Below are positions 55,935-64,000 of a DNA stretch of 64,000 nt, piece after piece. This DNA comes from an uncultured Nitrososphaerota archaeon (GTDB taxonomy: Archaea; Thermoproteota; Nitrososphaeria; Nitrososphaerales; Gagatemarchaeaceae), in NCBI GenBank assembly GCA_963703285.1, contig OY969807.1:160001-224000 (forward strand), written 5' to 3'. How positions within the stretch are numbered: position 1 is the first letter of the stretch; every line of letters begins with the position of its first letter. The notes under the pieces were generated by a model. That model worked only from the letters and a program-made list of their open reading frames with translations. It was not told the origin of the DNA and did no database searches. A program made the translations under genes and the position numbers.

Positions 55935-58079
55935 TTGCCCACCGATTATGGAATAGTTGCCGCCGGCATCGCTGCGGTGGCCCTCCTCTACGCCTTGGTC
56001 CTCTTCTTCATGGTGCGGAGGCAGGACCCAGGCACCCCCAGGATGACGGAGATAGCCACGGCGGTGCGGGTCGGGGCGAACGCGTTCCTCAGGAGGGAGT
56101 ACACGGTCATCGCGCCGATAGCGATTGTAATCTCGATTCTAATCTACGTCTTCATCGACGTCCCTCTCAACACGGGTGGGGTGACTGCGGTCGGCTTCCT
56201 CGTGGGGGCCGCCCTCTCGGCGATGGCGGGTTACATCGGCATGGCGGCGACCGTGAGAACCAGCTCGAGGACCGCACAGGCCGCAAGGAAGGGGCTGGGG
56301 CCCGCCCTGACGCTGGCCTTCTGGGGCGGCGGCGTCATGGGGATGGCGGTGGTGGGCTTCGGACTTTTCGGCGTCTCGGCGTTCTACATCGCCTACCAGT
56401 CGGAGATTCTGTTGCACCCAGCCGTCATCGCCGGCCTGGGTTTCGGCGCCTCGCTGATCGCCATGTTCATGAGGGTCTCCGGCGGGATCTACACGAAGGC
56501 AGCCGACGTCGGAGCCGACCTGGTCGGCAAGGCCGAGGCGGGAATACCCGAAGACGACCCCAGGAACCCGGCCGTCATCGCTGACAACGTGGGCGACAAC
56601 GTCGGAGACTGCGCGGGCATGGGCGCCGACGTCTACGAGTCCTTCGTGGTGACCTCTATAGCGGCCCTGATCCTTGCGGCGCTCATCACGAGCTCCGCGA
56701 GCTCGTACGGCTCCCTCGCCTCGCTCTTCTCGTCCAACCAGCTGCTCGAGTACCCCCTCCTTCTGGGCGCGGCCGGCATAATCGGATCCATCCTCGGCGG
56801 GCTCTACATCCGCAACTCGATCAAGAAGAACCCCATGGGGTCCCTGAACGTCGCCCTGATCATCGCGGCAGTGATAGCGATAGCCATCGACGCTGTCATA
56901 ACTACCTCAGTCTTCTCGGGGAGCACATTCGGGTATGGTCTCCTCGCGAGCGCCATCGTCGGTGTCATAGTCGTCGTCGTCATCGAGAGGGTCGCGGACT
57001 ACTTCACCTCCTACAACTACAAGCCCGTGAGGTTCATCTCGGAGGCGAGCCAGACCGGGGCCGCCACCAACTTCCTGGCGGGCTTCTCGACCGGCCTCCA
57101 GAGCACGGCGCCGTCCGCCATGGTGCTCGTCATGGCGATAGGGCTCTCGTACTTCATCGGCTACTACGCATCCGGCCAGAACGTCCTCCTCGGCGTCTAC
57201 AGCACAGCGATCGCGACGATGGCCGAGCTCTCGCTCACGGGGATCATAATGTCCATCGACTCCTTCGGGCCAATCACCGACAACGCCAACGGCATCGTCG
57301 AGATGGCCGGCCTCGAGAGCGGGGTCCGGGAGGTCACCGACGAGCTCGACGCCGTCGGGAACACGACGAAGGCCACGACGAAGGCGTTCGCGGTTACGTC
57401 CGCGGCGCTCGCGGCCGTCGCCATCTTCTTCGCCTTCCAGTCTGAGGTGAACAACCAGATCGCGAGCCACCCGGACCTGATCTCAAAGTACGGCGCGGCC
57501 TCGCTGACCTTCGCTCTCTCGGACCCAAGGGTGATCATCGGGCTCTTCATAGGCAGCCTCCTGCCCTTCTACTTCTCCAGCTTCCTGATCCAGGCTGTGG
57601 GCAGGGCCGCGATCAAGATGGTGAACGAGGTCAGAAGGCAGTTCAGGGAGATCCCGGGGATAATGGATGGGACGGGCAAGCCCGACTACGCCAAGTGCGT
57701 CGACATCAGCACGACGGCGGCCATCCAGGAGCTGGCGAAACCCGCGCTCCTGGCCGTCGCCAGCCCCCTGCTGGTGGGTTTCATCCTGGGACCGGTGGCC
57801 CTGGGCGGGCTGCTTATCGGGAGCGTCGTGACGGGAGTCTACCTCGCCTTCACGATGACGAACGGAGGCGCCGCCTGGGACAACGCAAAGAAGTACATAG
57901 AGCTGGGACACCTCGGTGGGAAGAATACACCAGTACATGCCGCGGCGGTGATGGGAGACACCGTGGGAGACCCGTTCAAGGACACCGCCGGACCGGCGAT
58001 CAACTCGCTGATCAAGGTCCTCAACACGATCTCGATCGTCTTCATCGCTGCGATAGTGATGTACGCGCTCTTCGTGTGA
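55935..58079 (+). CDS. hppA: Membrane pyrophosphatase, K+-independent H+-pumping type
   Basis: GGIYTKAADVGADLVGK, DNVGDNVGD, GNTTKA (Lys marks K+-independence) and GDTVGDPFKD motifs. Confidence 0.96.
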   Translation: MPTDYGIVAAGIAAVALLYALVLFFMVRRQDPGTPRMTEIATAVRVGANAFLRREYTVIAPIAIVISILIYVFIDVPLNTGGVTAVGFLVGAALSAMAGYIGMAATVRTSSRTAQAARKGLGPALTLAFWGGGVMGMAVVGFGLFGVSAFYIAYQSEILLHPAVIAGLGFGASLIAMFMRVSGGIYTKAADVGADLVGKAEAGIPEDDPRNPAVIADNVGDNVGDCAGMGADVYESFVVTSIAALILAALITSSASSYGSLASLFSSNQLLEYPLLLGAAGIIGSILGGLYIRNSIKKNPMGSLNVALIIAAVIAIAIDAVITTSVFSGSTFGYGLLASAIVGVIVVVVIERVADYFTSYNYKPVRFISEASQTGAATNFLAGFSTGLQSTAPSAMVLVMAIGLSYFIGYYASGQNVLLGVYSTAIATMAELSLTGIIMSIDSFGPITDNANGIVEMAGLESGVREVTDELDAVGNTTKATTKAFAVTSAALAAVAIFFAFQSEVNNQIASHPDLISKYGAASLTFALSDPRVIIGLFIGSLLPFYFSSFLIQAVGRAAIKMVNEVRRQFREIPGIMDGTGKPDYAKCVDISTTAAIQELAKPALLAVASPLLVGFILGPVALGGLLIGSVVTGVYLAFTMTNGGAAWDNAKKYIELGHLGGKNTPVHAAAVMGDTVGDPFKDTAGPAINSLIKVLNTISIVFIAAIVMYALFV

Positions 58080-58106
58080 GCTTCGGGCCCGGCCGTCCCG
58101 CGTCCT

Positions 58107-58481
58107 CTAGAGCGTCGCCACGCAGTCGATCTCGACCAGAATATCGTCCCTGACGAACCCCACGACGACCGTGGTCCTGGTCGGCCTGTGGGTCCCGAAG
58201 AAGGCCGAGTAGACCTCGTTCATCTCCTTGAAGTGAGCGCCGTCCTTGAGGTAGACCGTGACCTTGACCACCTTCCCGGGTCCGCTCCCTCCCGCCTCGA
58301 GCACGGCTCCGATGTTCTCGAGCACCTGCCTCGTCTGCTCCCCTATCCCCCCTCCGACCATCGAGTTCGTCGCCGGGTTAATCGGGATCGTCCCCGAGAC
58401 GAATATCATCCCGTTGGCCTCAATCCCCTGCGAGTACGGACCTACCGGCTTGACCGCCCTGGGTGACTCTATGTACTTCAT
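58107..58481 (-). CDS. ridA: RidA/YjgF family enamine deaminase
   Basis: GPYSQ, FVSG, MNEVY..FF...PTR and VEID motifs. Confidence 0.93.
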   Translation of the reverse strand: MKYIESPRAVKPVGPYSQGIEANGMIFVSGTIPINPATNSMVGGGIGEQTRQVLENIGAVLEAGGSGPGKVVKVTVYLKDGAHFKEMNEVYSAFFGTHRPTRTTVVVGFVRDDILVEIDCVATL

Positions 58482-58594
58482 CGGGAAGCTTTCGGGTCCC
58501 GTCCGCTATAATGCTTGCCTGACATGGAGGATTGCGTCATAGCGAGGCTCGGGATTCACAACCCTTAAGATGAATTCGGTCTCGCCGGCAACGA

Positions 58595-59674
58595 TTGCAG
58601 ACCCTCCCTAGAAAGGTGATTATCCTGCTCGCCGTCGTCCTGGTGGGGCTGGTGGCCATCTCCGCCTACTCCCAGCTAGCAGCACCGTCGAGCACGGGCC
58701 CCTGGAAGCAGTCCTTCGAATACCCTCTCGTCGTGGGTGGGACCTCGGCGGTCGTGGGCCAGTCTTGCGTCGACTCGGCGGGTTACGTCTACTGCGTCGG
58801 CGGTGAGGGCGCGAACCAGAACCCGACGAACTCGGTCTACTACTCACCCGCGTCCTCCGTCGGCGTCGGGAACTGGACGGCGTCGGCGAACCCCTACCCG
58901 CAGGCGATAACCTTCGAGTCCTGCGCTTCGGCCTCGGGCTACGTCTACTGCGTCGGGGGGCAGAAGGACTCGTCGGCAGACGACACGAACTCGTCCTACT
59001 ACGCCCCGCTCACCCCCTCCGGGGTCGGCCCGTGGGCCTCGAGCACGCCCTACCCGGTTCCCATCGATGCGCTCTCGTGCGTGGCTTCGGTTGGGGACCT
59101 CTACTGCATGGGAGGGGAGAACGAGACCAGCGGGACCAACTCGACCACCACCCTGACGGGCTCCGTCTGGTTCGCACCCATCTCATCCTCAGGCGTGGGA
59201 ACTTGGACCCAGGCAGCGGACTATCCGGCGCGTGTCTTCTTCCCGAGCTGCACCGGTCTCGGAAGCTACGTCTACTGCGTCGCGGGGGAGGACGCGCAGG
59301 ACAACCCTGTGAACTCTACCTATTACTCGTACGTCACCTCGTCGGGGATGGGCCCGTGGACCGCCACCTCCGGTTACCCCATCGACACGCTAGCGGAGTC
59401 CTGCGTCACGTCGTACTCCTTGCTATACTGCATCGGGGGCCTCGAAAGCGGGGGAACGACCATTTCCTCCGTCTACTTCGCATCGGCCTCCTCCGCCTCG
59501 CTGGGTCAGTGGCAGGCGGCGCCCAGCTACCCCCTTGGCATTGCGACGGACTGCGTTGCCGGCCCCGGGTTGCTCTACTGTGTGGGAGGGTACGAATCCA
59601 GCAACGAGGCCCCGACCGGCGACAGCTACTATGCCCTGCTCAACGCGACCGCGGGCGGGTCCTCTTCGACCTAG
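58595..59674 (+). CDS. Secreted Kelch-like beta-propeller with Cys pairs
   Basis: N-terminal TM; six W-x5-YP...C...YC(V/M/I)(G/A)G repeats. Confidence 0.85.
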   Translation: MQTLPRKVIILLAVVLVGLVAISAYSQLAAPSSTGPWKQSFEYPLVVGGTSAVVGQSCVDSAGYVYCVGGEGANQNPTNSVYYSPASSVGVGNWTASANPYPQAITFESCASASGYVYCVGGQKDSSADDTNSSYYAPLTPSGVGPWASSTPYPVPIDALSCVASVGDLYCMGGENETSGTNSTTTLTGSVWFAPISSSGVGTWTQAADYPARVFFPSCTGLGSYVYCVAGEDAQDNPVNSTYYSYVTSSGMGPWTATSGYPIDTLAESCVTSYSLLYCIGGLESGGTTISSVYFASASSASLGQWQAAPSYPLGIATDCVAGPGLLYCVGGYESSNEAPTGDSYYALLNATAGGSSST

Positions 59675-59693
59675 GCCGACTGCGGCCTGCGCG

Positions 59694-60563
59694 CTATTTC
59701 TCCGCCACGGCCTTCTCGGGTTCGAGCTTGGAGATTATCTCCGCGAGGGAGGCGGTCGCTGCCTCTCTCTCCTTCGAGAGCTGCGACTTCTCTTGAACCT
59801 CGGCTTCCAGCTCCTTCAGTCTGACGGCGATGGCGTCGAGCCTCATCCACTGCTGTTCGTAGAGCCCGGAGGGCGTCCCGCCCTCCCTCTCGATCGAAGC
59901 CCTGACCTTGTTAAGGTTCGTCCCCTCCTCTTCTAGTGACGCCACGGACTTCTCGATCTCCCGTATCTTCTGCTCGACTGGCTCTGTGGGCGGCCCCGAC
60001 CTGCCCGCGAGCTTCGAGAAGAACGACGCGGACTTCCTCTTCGCCTTGATCTCCTCGAGCGCCGCCTTCTCGACATCGATGTCCTTTGCCCTGGCCTCCT
60101 TCTCGACGCGGAGCTCGTTCAGCCTCGCAACGATCCTCTCCTTCTCCCGGTCGAAGGTCGACCTGATCTCAATCTCCTCCTTCCTGATGGCCTCGGCCTC
60201 CGACTGGATCTGCGAGGTGTCGACGCCCGCGGAAAAGCGCGCCGAGATCTCCTTTCGCTTCCCCTCGTATTCCGCGGGGAGTTTCCCTCCCTTCATCTTC
60301 GCCTCAAAGTCGTCCAGCAGAAGGTTCAGGCTCTTGAGCCAGTGCTTCAGGTCGTAGTTCCCCGGCCCCGCGGTGAACTTCTGAGCACCCAGGTGGGTGA
60401 GCCCCTCTAGGGTCCGGGTCTTGACCGCTGCTAGGTCGACCTGCTCCTCCTTCGCCGGCCGCTTCTTGTTGGTGCGGAAGTCGCGCTTCTGTTTCTTCAC
60501 CTTCTTCGAGCGGGTTCCCTTCTCCCCTGACCGTGCGCCACGGGGCGCGCTGCTGAAGCTCAA
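59694..60563 (-). CDS. Coiled-coil protein with basic N-terminus
   Basis: Glu/Lys heptads; TTAAAT box upstream. Confidence 0.75.
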   Translation of the reverse strand: MSFSSAPRGARSGEKGTRSKKVKKQKRDFRTNKKRPAKEEQVDLAAVKTRTLEGLTHLGAQKFTAGPGNYDLKHWLKSLNLLLDDFEAKMKGGKLPAEYEGKRKEISARFSAGVDTSQIQSEAEAIRKEEIEIRSTFDREKERIVARLNELRVEKEARAKDIDVEKAALEEIKAKRKSASFFSKLAGRSGPPTEPVEQKIREIEKSVASLEEEGTNLNKVRASIEREGGTPSGLYEQQWMRLDAIAVRLKELEAEVQEKSQLSKEREAATASLAEIISKLEPEKAVAEK

Positions 60564-60665
60564 GGTACGCTCCCATGGGCCCCGCGCAGACTCGATTTAA
60601 GGATGGATGATTGATTCTACGGCCAGGGTCGGTGGCGCTCTTAGCGCCCTCGTCCCTAGTCATTC

Positions 60666-61499
60666 ATGAGGCATGGTACGAAGAGACCGCAGCGCGACCT
60701 CGCCACGAGGATGAAGCTCTACGAGGCCGTGATGCGGCACCGGGCGGCGGGCGAGAGCTACAACGAGATCATCCGGGCTGTCGAGGAGGAGCTCCACGTC
60801 AGGCTGAACAAGTCCCACGTGTCCAACTGGATTCGGAGCGACCACCTTCCCGACGGCAGCCTGACCAAGTTCGTCCCCGTGCCCACAGCGAAGCTCGGAT
60901 ACGTCGTCGGCGTCATGCTCGGAGACGGCTCGATGAGCGTAAGCGGCGACCACTGCTACAGGTTGAAGCTCAGGGTCGGGGACAGGGACTTCGCCCAGGC
61001 CTTCGCGGACGCGATCGCGGTCGTCCTGGACAGGCCGGCCCCGCACGTTCGATACCACGCGAAGACGAACCAGTGGCACGTCGACGTCTCGAACTACCTC
61101 CTGCAGCAGTTCCTGAAGAAGCCAGTAAGCGAGATCGGGACGGTCATTAGACAGACCGAGGAGTGCTCGTGCGGTTTCCTTAGGGGGTTCTTTGATTCAG
61201 AGGGGTGCATCCACAAGAGGAAACTGACCGTGCATAATGGCGATCTAACATTGTTGAATTTTGTGGCAAATCGACTCACGGCGCTCAACATCGAATTCAC
61301 AGGTCCGCATCTTGAAAGCGAAGGTGGACATTCGGTCATGATTCGTGGAATTATGAGGAGGCAGAACCTCAACGAATACATGTTGTACGTGAGAACCGGA
61401 TCGCTGACTATCTTCCATGAAAAGGTCGGTTTCAGCATTAGGAGGAAATCCGACCGTCTCGCTCTGGCCGTTTCCCGAGCTAAGTTCTCAAGAAGGTGA
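60666..61499 (+). CDS. Free-standing HTH plus double-motif LAGLIDADG endonuclease-like protein
   Basis: SYNEII...KSHVSNW HTH; LGYVVGVMLGDGS and FLRGFFDSEG; VGFSIRRK. Confidence 0.9.
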   Translation: MRHGTKRPQRDLATRMKLYEAVMRHRAAGESYNEIIRAVEEELHVRLNKSHVSNWIRSDHLPDGSLTKFVPVPTAKLGYVVGVMLGDGSMSVSGDHCYRLKLRVGDRDFAQAFADAIAVVLDRPAPHVRYHAKTNQWHVDVSNYLLQQFLKKPVSEIGTVIRQTEECSCGFLRGFFDSEGCIHKRKLTVHNGDLTLLNFVANRLTALNIEFTGPHLESEGGHSVMIRGIMRRQNLNEYMLYVRTGSLTIFHEKVGFSIRRKSDRLALAVSRAKFSRR

Positions 61500-61580
61500 A
61501 TATGGCTGTGAAAGAGAAATCCGACTCAAATCATACCATGATTAACAAATATGACTGTGTTTGGGCTATTTGCTGTAAAA

Positions 61581-61652
61581 AGGCGGGGACGGGACTCGAA
61601 CCCGTGTGAACGCGCTCTGCAGGCGCGCGCGTAGCCGCTCCGCCACCCCGCC
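61581..61652 (-). tRNA. tRNA-Cys(GCA)
   Basis: Acceptor GGCGGGG/CCCCGCC, U73, loop CT-GCA-GA, GGTTCGAGTCC. Confidence 0.96.
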
Positions 61653-61800
61653 GCGAGCGCTCGTCCATTGTGTAGCTAATTATGCGTTAGCAGCGACGAC
61701 CGATTCACGCCTCCGGATCGCGATATATCCGGGACTAAGAATCATCGATGACATACTTGATAATCTTTATATCGAATCTTCATCTCGCCAAGGCCGTCGA

Positions 61801-62793
61801 ATGTTCTTTCTGGCGCTCGACGTGGTGGCTCCAACGGACCAGATCTGGTGGACGCTGCTCCGGTACTATCTGTTCCTCGGTTTTGCCGCTGGTACCATCG
61901 TCGTGGTGCTGATGTTCTACTGGATTTCGAAATACCACCACAAGAACGTCAAGGAGGCTCCCCAATTCCACGAGGAGCCCGGATGGGGGAACTGGAAGAC
62001 GGTGGTGCTGACTCTCCTGCTGACCGGCTCGGTTCTGGCCTTCGTCGAGTTCGAGACCTTCCAGTCGACCGGTCTTTACAACCCTCCGGCGAACGCGGAC
62101 CCCCCGCTCAACATCAGCGTCACGGGGCAGCAGTTCGTGTGGATTTTCACCTATCCGGACGGATACGTCTCATTCCATAACCTGATCGTCCCCCAAAACG
62201 CGGTGGTGATCCTCAACATCACATCGGTCGACGTAGACCACTCTCTCTCTATTCCGAGCCTGAGCGTCGCGAAGGACGCGATTCCGGGCGAGTACAACTT
62301 CATCTGGTTCAACGCTACACAGACCGGTCTGTGGGTCGACGGAATCCGATGCAAGGAGCTCTGCGGAGTTGGCCACGCCACGATGATAGGCAACCTTACG
62401 GTTCTCTCTCCTTCTGCCTACAACGCCTGGTACGCTACTACCATGCCCAGCACGACGACGAGCACCATTACCAGCGCCTCCACCTCGGGCACCGGCCTGA
62501 CCGCGACCATCACCATCCCCCAGGGCGCGGGCGGTGCGCAGGAGCTCAACTTCGCACCTGCGACGCTGAGTGTTGCCGCCGGCACGACGATCACCTTCGT
62601 CGACCAGGACAACACCGCGATATACCACGACGTCGACTTCATGACGGGGCCCTCGGGAGCGACGCTGCCCTCGACGTCGCCCAACCTGAAACAGGGTGAT
62701 ACCTTCACCGTCATGCTCACCACGCCCGGGACCTACACCTACGTCTGCGACTACCACGCTTGGATGAAGGGGACCATAACGGTGACCGGGTGA
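61801..62793 (+). CDS. coxB: Heme-copper oxidase subunit II with fused C-terminal cupredoxin
   Basis: 2 TMs; DVDH...CKELCGVGHATM CuA site; Thr-rich linker; HDV...CDYHAWM type-1 Cu site. Confidence 0.92.
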   Translation: MFFLALDVVAPTDQIWWTLLRYYLFLGFAAGTIVVVLMFYWISKYHHKNVKEAPQFHEEPGWGNWKTVVLTLLLTGSVLAFVEFETFQSTGLYNPPANADPPLNISVTGQQFVWIFTYPDGYVSFHNLIVPQNAVVILNITSVDVDHSLSIPSLSVAKDAIPGEYNFIWFNATQTGLWVDGIRCKELCGVGHATMIGNLTVLSPSAYNAWYATTMPSTTTSTITSASTSGTGLTATITIPQGAGGAQELNFAPATLSVAAGTTITFVDQDNTAIYHDVDFMTGPSGATLPSTSPNLKQGDTFTVMLTTPGTYTYVCDYHAWMKGTITVTG

Positions 62794-62796
62794 TAG

Positions 62797-64000
62797 ATGG
62801 TGGACCCCTGGCTTAAGCGCTGGCTCTACACGACGAACCACAAGGACATCGGCATACTCTACTTCCTGAGCGCTCTCTACTTCGGTTTCATCGGAGCGAT
62901 TCTCGCGATCTTCATGAGGGTGCAGCTCTCCGTGCCCCTGAACAACTTCCTTGGCGCGGGCGCGTACGACCAGGCCGTGACACTCCACGGGCTGATAATG
63001 ATCCTCTGGTTCCTCTCCCCGCTGGCCATCGCCTTCATGAACTACATGATGCCACTGCAGATCGGCGCCAAGGACATGGCGATGCCGCGCCTGAACGCCT
63101 TCGGTTACTGGCTCTTCGTCTTCGGCGGCATCCTCGCGACTCTCGGGTTCTTCCTGCCGGGCGGGAACGCGAGCGGCGGGTGGACCTCCTACGCGCCGCT
63201 CTCCACCACCTACACGGCCGGCCCCGGTCCGACCCTGGCCTTCCTGGGCCTTATCATGCTGGTCGTCTCGATCACCATCGGCAGCGTAAACATCCTCCTG
63301 ACCATAGCCTACATGCGCGCCCCCGGCATCACGTGGCGCAAGATACCCATGTTCACCTGGTTCGTCCTATTCACGATACTCCAGATGCTCTTCTCCTTCC
63401 CGTCGCTGCTTGCAGGCCTCCTCATGCTCGTCTCCGACCGCGTCCTCGGTACGGTGATCTTCTCCCTGCCGGTCTCGCAGGGAGTCTCCGCAGGCGGTTC
63501 AATACTGTGGGACGACATCTGGTGGTTCTTCGGGCACCCGGAGGTGTACGTCGTGCTGCTTCCCGCCTTCGGGATGATAACCGAGGTACTTCCGGTATTC
63601 TCGGGTAGGCCCCTTGCGGAGAGGAACATCATCCTCGCGGTTACCGGCGCCGTGATCGTCCCCCTCAGCTACCTCGTGTGGGAGCACCACATGTTCATCA
63701 CGGGGGTCAGCCTGACCGAGGACGAGGCCTTCAGCGTGGCCACGCTATTGATCTCTCTGCCGTTCGATGTGGTCGTCCTAGCGTTCATCAAGACCCTGAG
63801 CAGGGCATCGATCAGGTTGTCGGTGCCGATGCTGTTCGCCATAGGTGGCATCGTCCTGTTCATCATCGGTGGGATCACGGGTGTGTTCCTATCGTCATTC
63901 GTCCTCGACGTGGTCTTCCGCGGGACGTACTTCGTTGTCGCCCACTTCCACTACGTGATGGTGGGTGCTTCGATCTTCGGTCTGTTCGCGGGCATCTACT
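62797..64000 (+). CDS. coxA: Heme-copper oxidase subunit I, type A1 (3'-truncated; missing from ORF track)
   Basis: TTNHKDIGILY, HGLIM, FFGHPEVY, WEHHMF and VAHFHY motifs. Confidence 0.96.
   Translation, partial: MVDPWLKRWLYTTNHKDIGILYFLSALYFGFIGAILAIFMRVQLSVPLNNFLGAGAYDQAVTLHGLIMILWFLSPLAIAFMNYMMPLQIGAKDMAMPRLNAFGYWLFVFGGILATLGFFLPGGNASGGWTSYAPLSTTYTAGPGPTLAFLGLIMLVVSITIGSVNILLTIAYMRAPGITWRKIPMFTWFVLFTILQMLFSFPSLLAGLLMLVSDRVLGTVIFSLPVSQGVSAGGSILWDDIWWFFGHPEVYVVLLPAFGMITEVLPVFSGRPLAERNIILAVTGAVIVPLSYLVWEHHMFITGVSLTEDEAFSVATLLISLPFDVVVLAFIKTLSRASIRLSVPMLFAIGGIVLFIIGGITGVFLSSFVLDVVFRGTYFVVAHFHYVMVGASIFGLFAGIY

Noticed and set aside
60600-60665. att duplication of tRNA-Cys flanking the LAGLIDADG gene
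   Set aside because: No copy of the tRNA-Cys 3' end found upstream of the gene.
1-64000. CRISPR array, cas genes, rRNA, IS transposases
   Set aside because: No regularly spaced repeats or recognisable motifs seen; the tRNA-Glu repeats are kilobases apart.

Overview
GC-rich archaeal chromosome segment, most likely a deep-branching non-ammonia-oxidising Nitrososphaerota (Thaumarchaeota). This placement is inferred from the HMf-type histone, TFB, rpS17e, intron-containing tRNAs, leaderless TATA promoters and an A-type heme-copper oxidase. Housekeeping genes include trpB2, argF, argS, ilvE, fba/fbp, gdhA, tpiA, sua5, dys, hppA and coxBA, plus four tRNAs (Gln-CTG, Arg-CCG with two non-canonical insertions, Glu-CTC with a canonical intron, Cys-GCA). 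Three accessory regions stand out. (1) A ~11.4 kb accreted island at tRNA-Gln has a tyrosine integrase, three extra att-like copies, a VirB4 remnant and candidate defence genes. (2) Two tandem cassettes without an integrase (~3.8 and ~7.9 kb) sit at tRNA-Glu. They share conserved ends built from inverted tRNA T-arm-like motifs and carry redox cargo: a 976-aa Met-rich membrane/ferredoxin protein and a Tat-exported Mo-hydroxylase. (3) A type IV pilus-like locus is coupled to a HerA/VirB4-type ATPase and a divergent TFB paralog, a candidate DNA-exchange system. Also present are a free-standing HTH-LAGLIDADG gene beside tRNA-Cys, an unlisted 30-aa hyper-acidic ORF and several frameshifted or decayed genes. 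All calls come from motifs read by eye; no searches were run.
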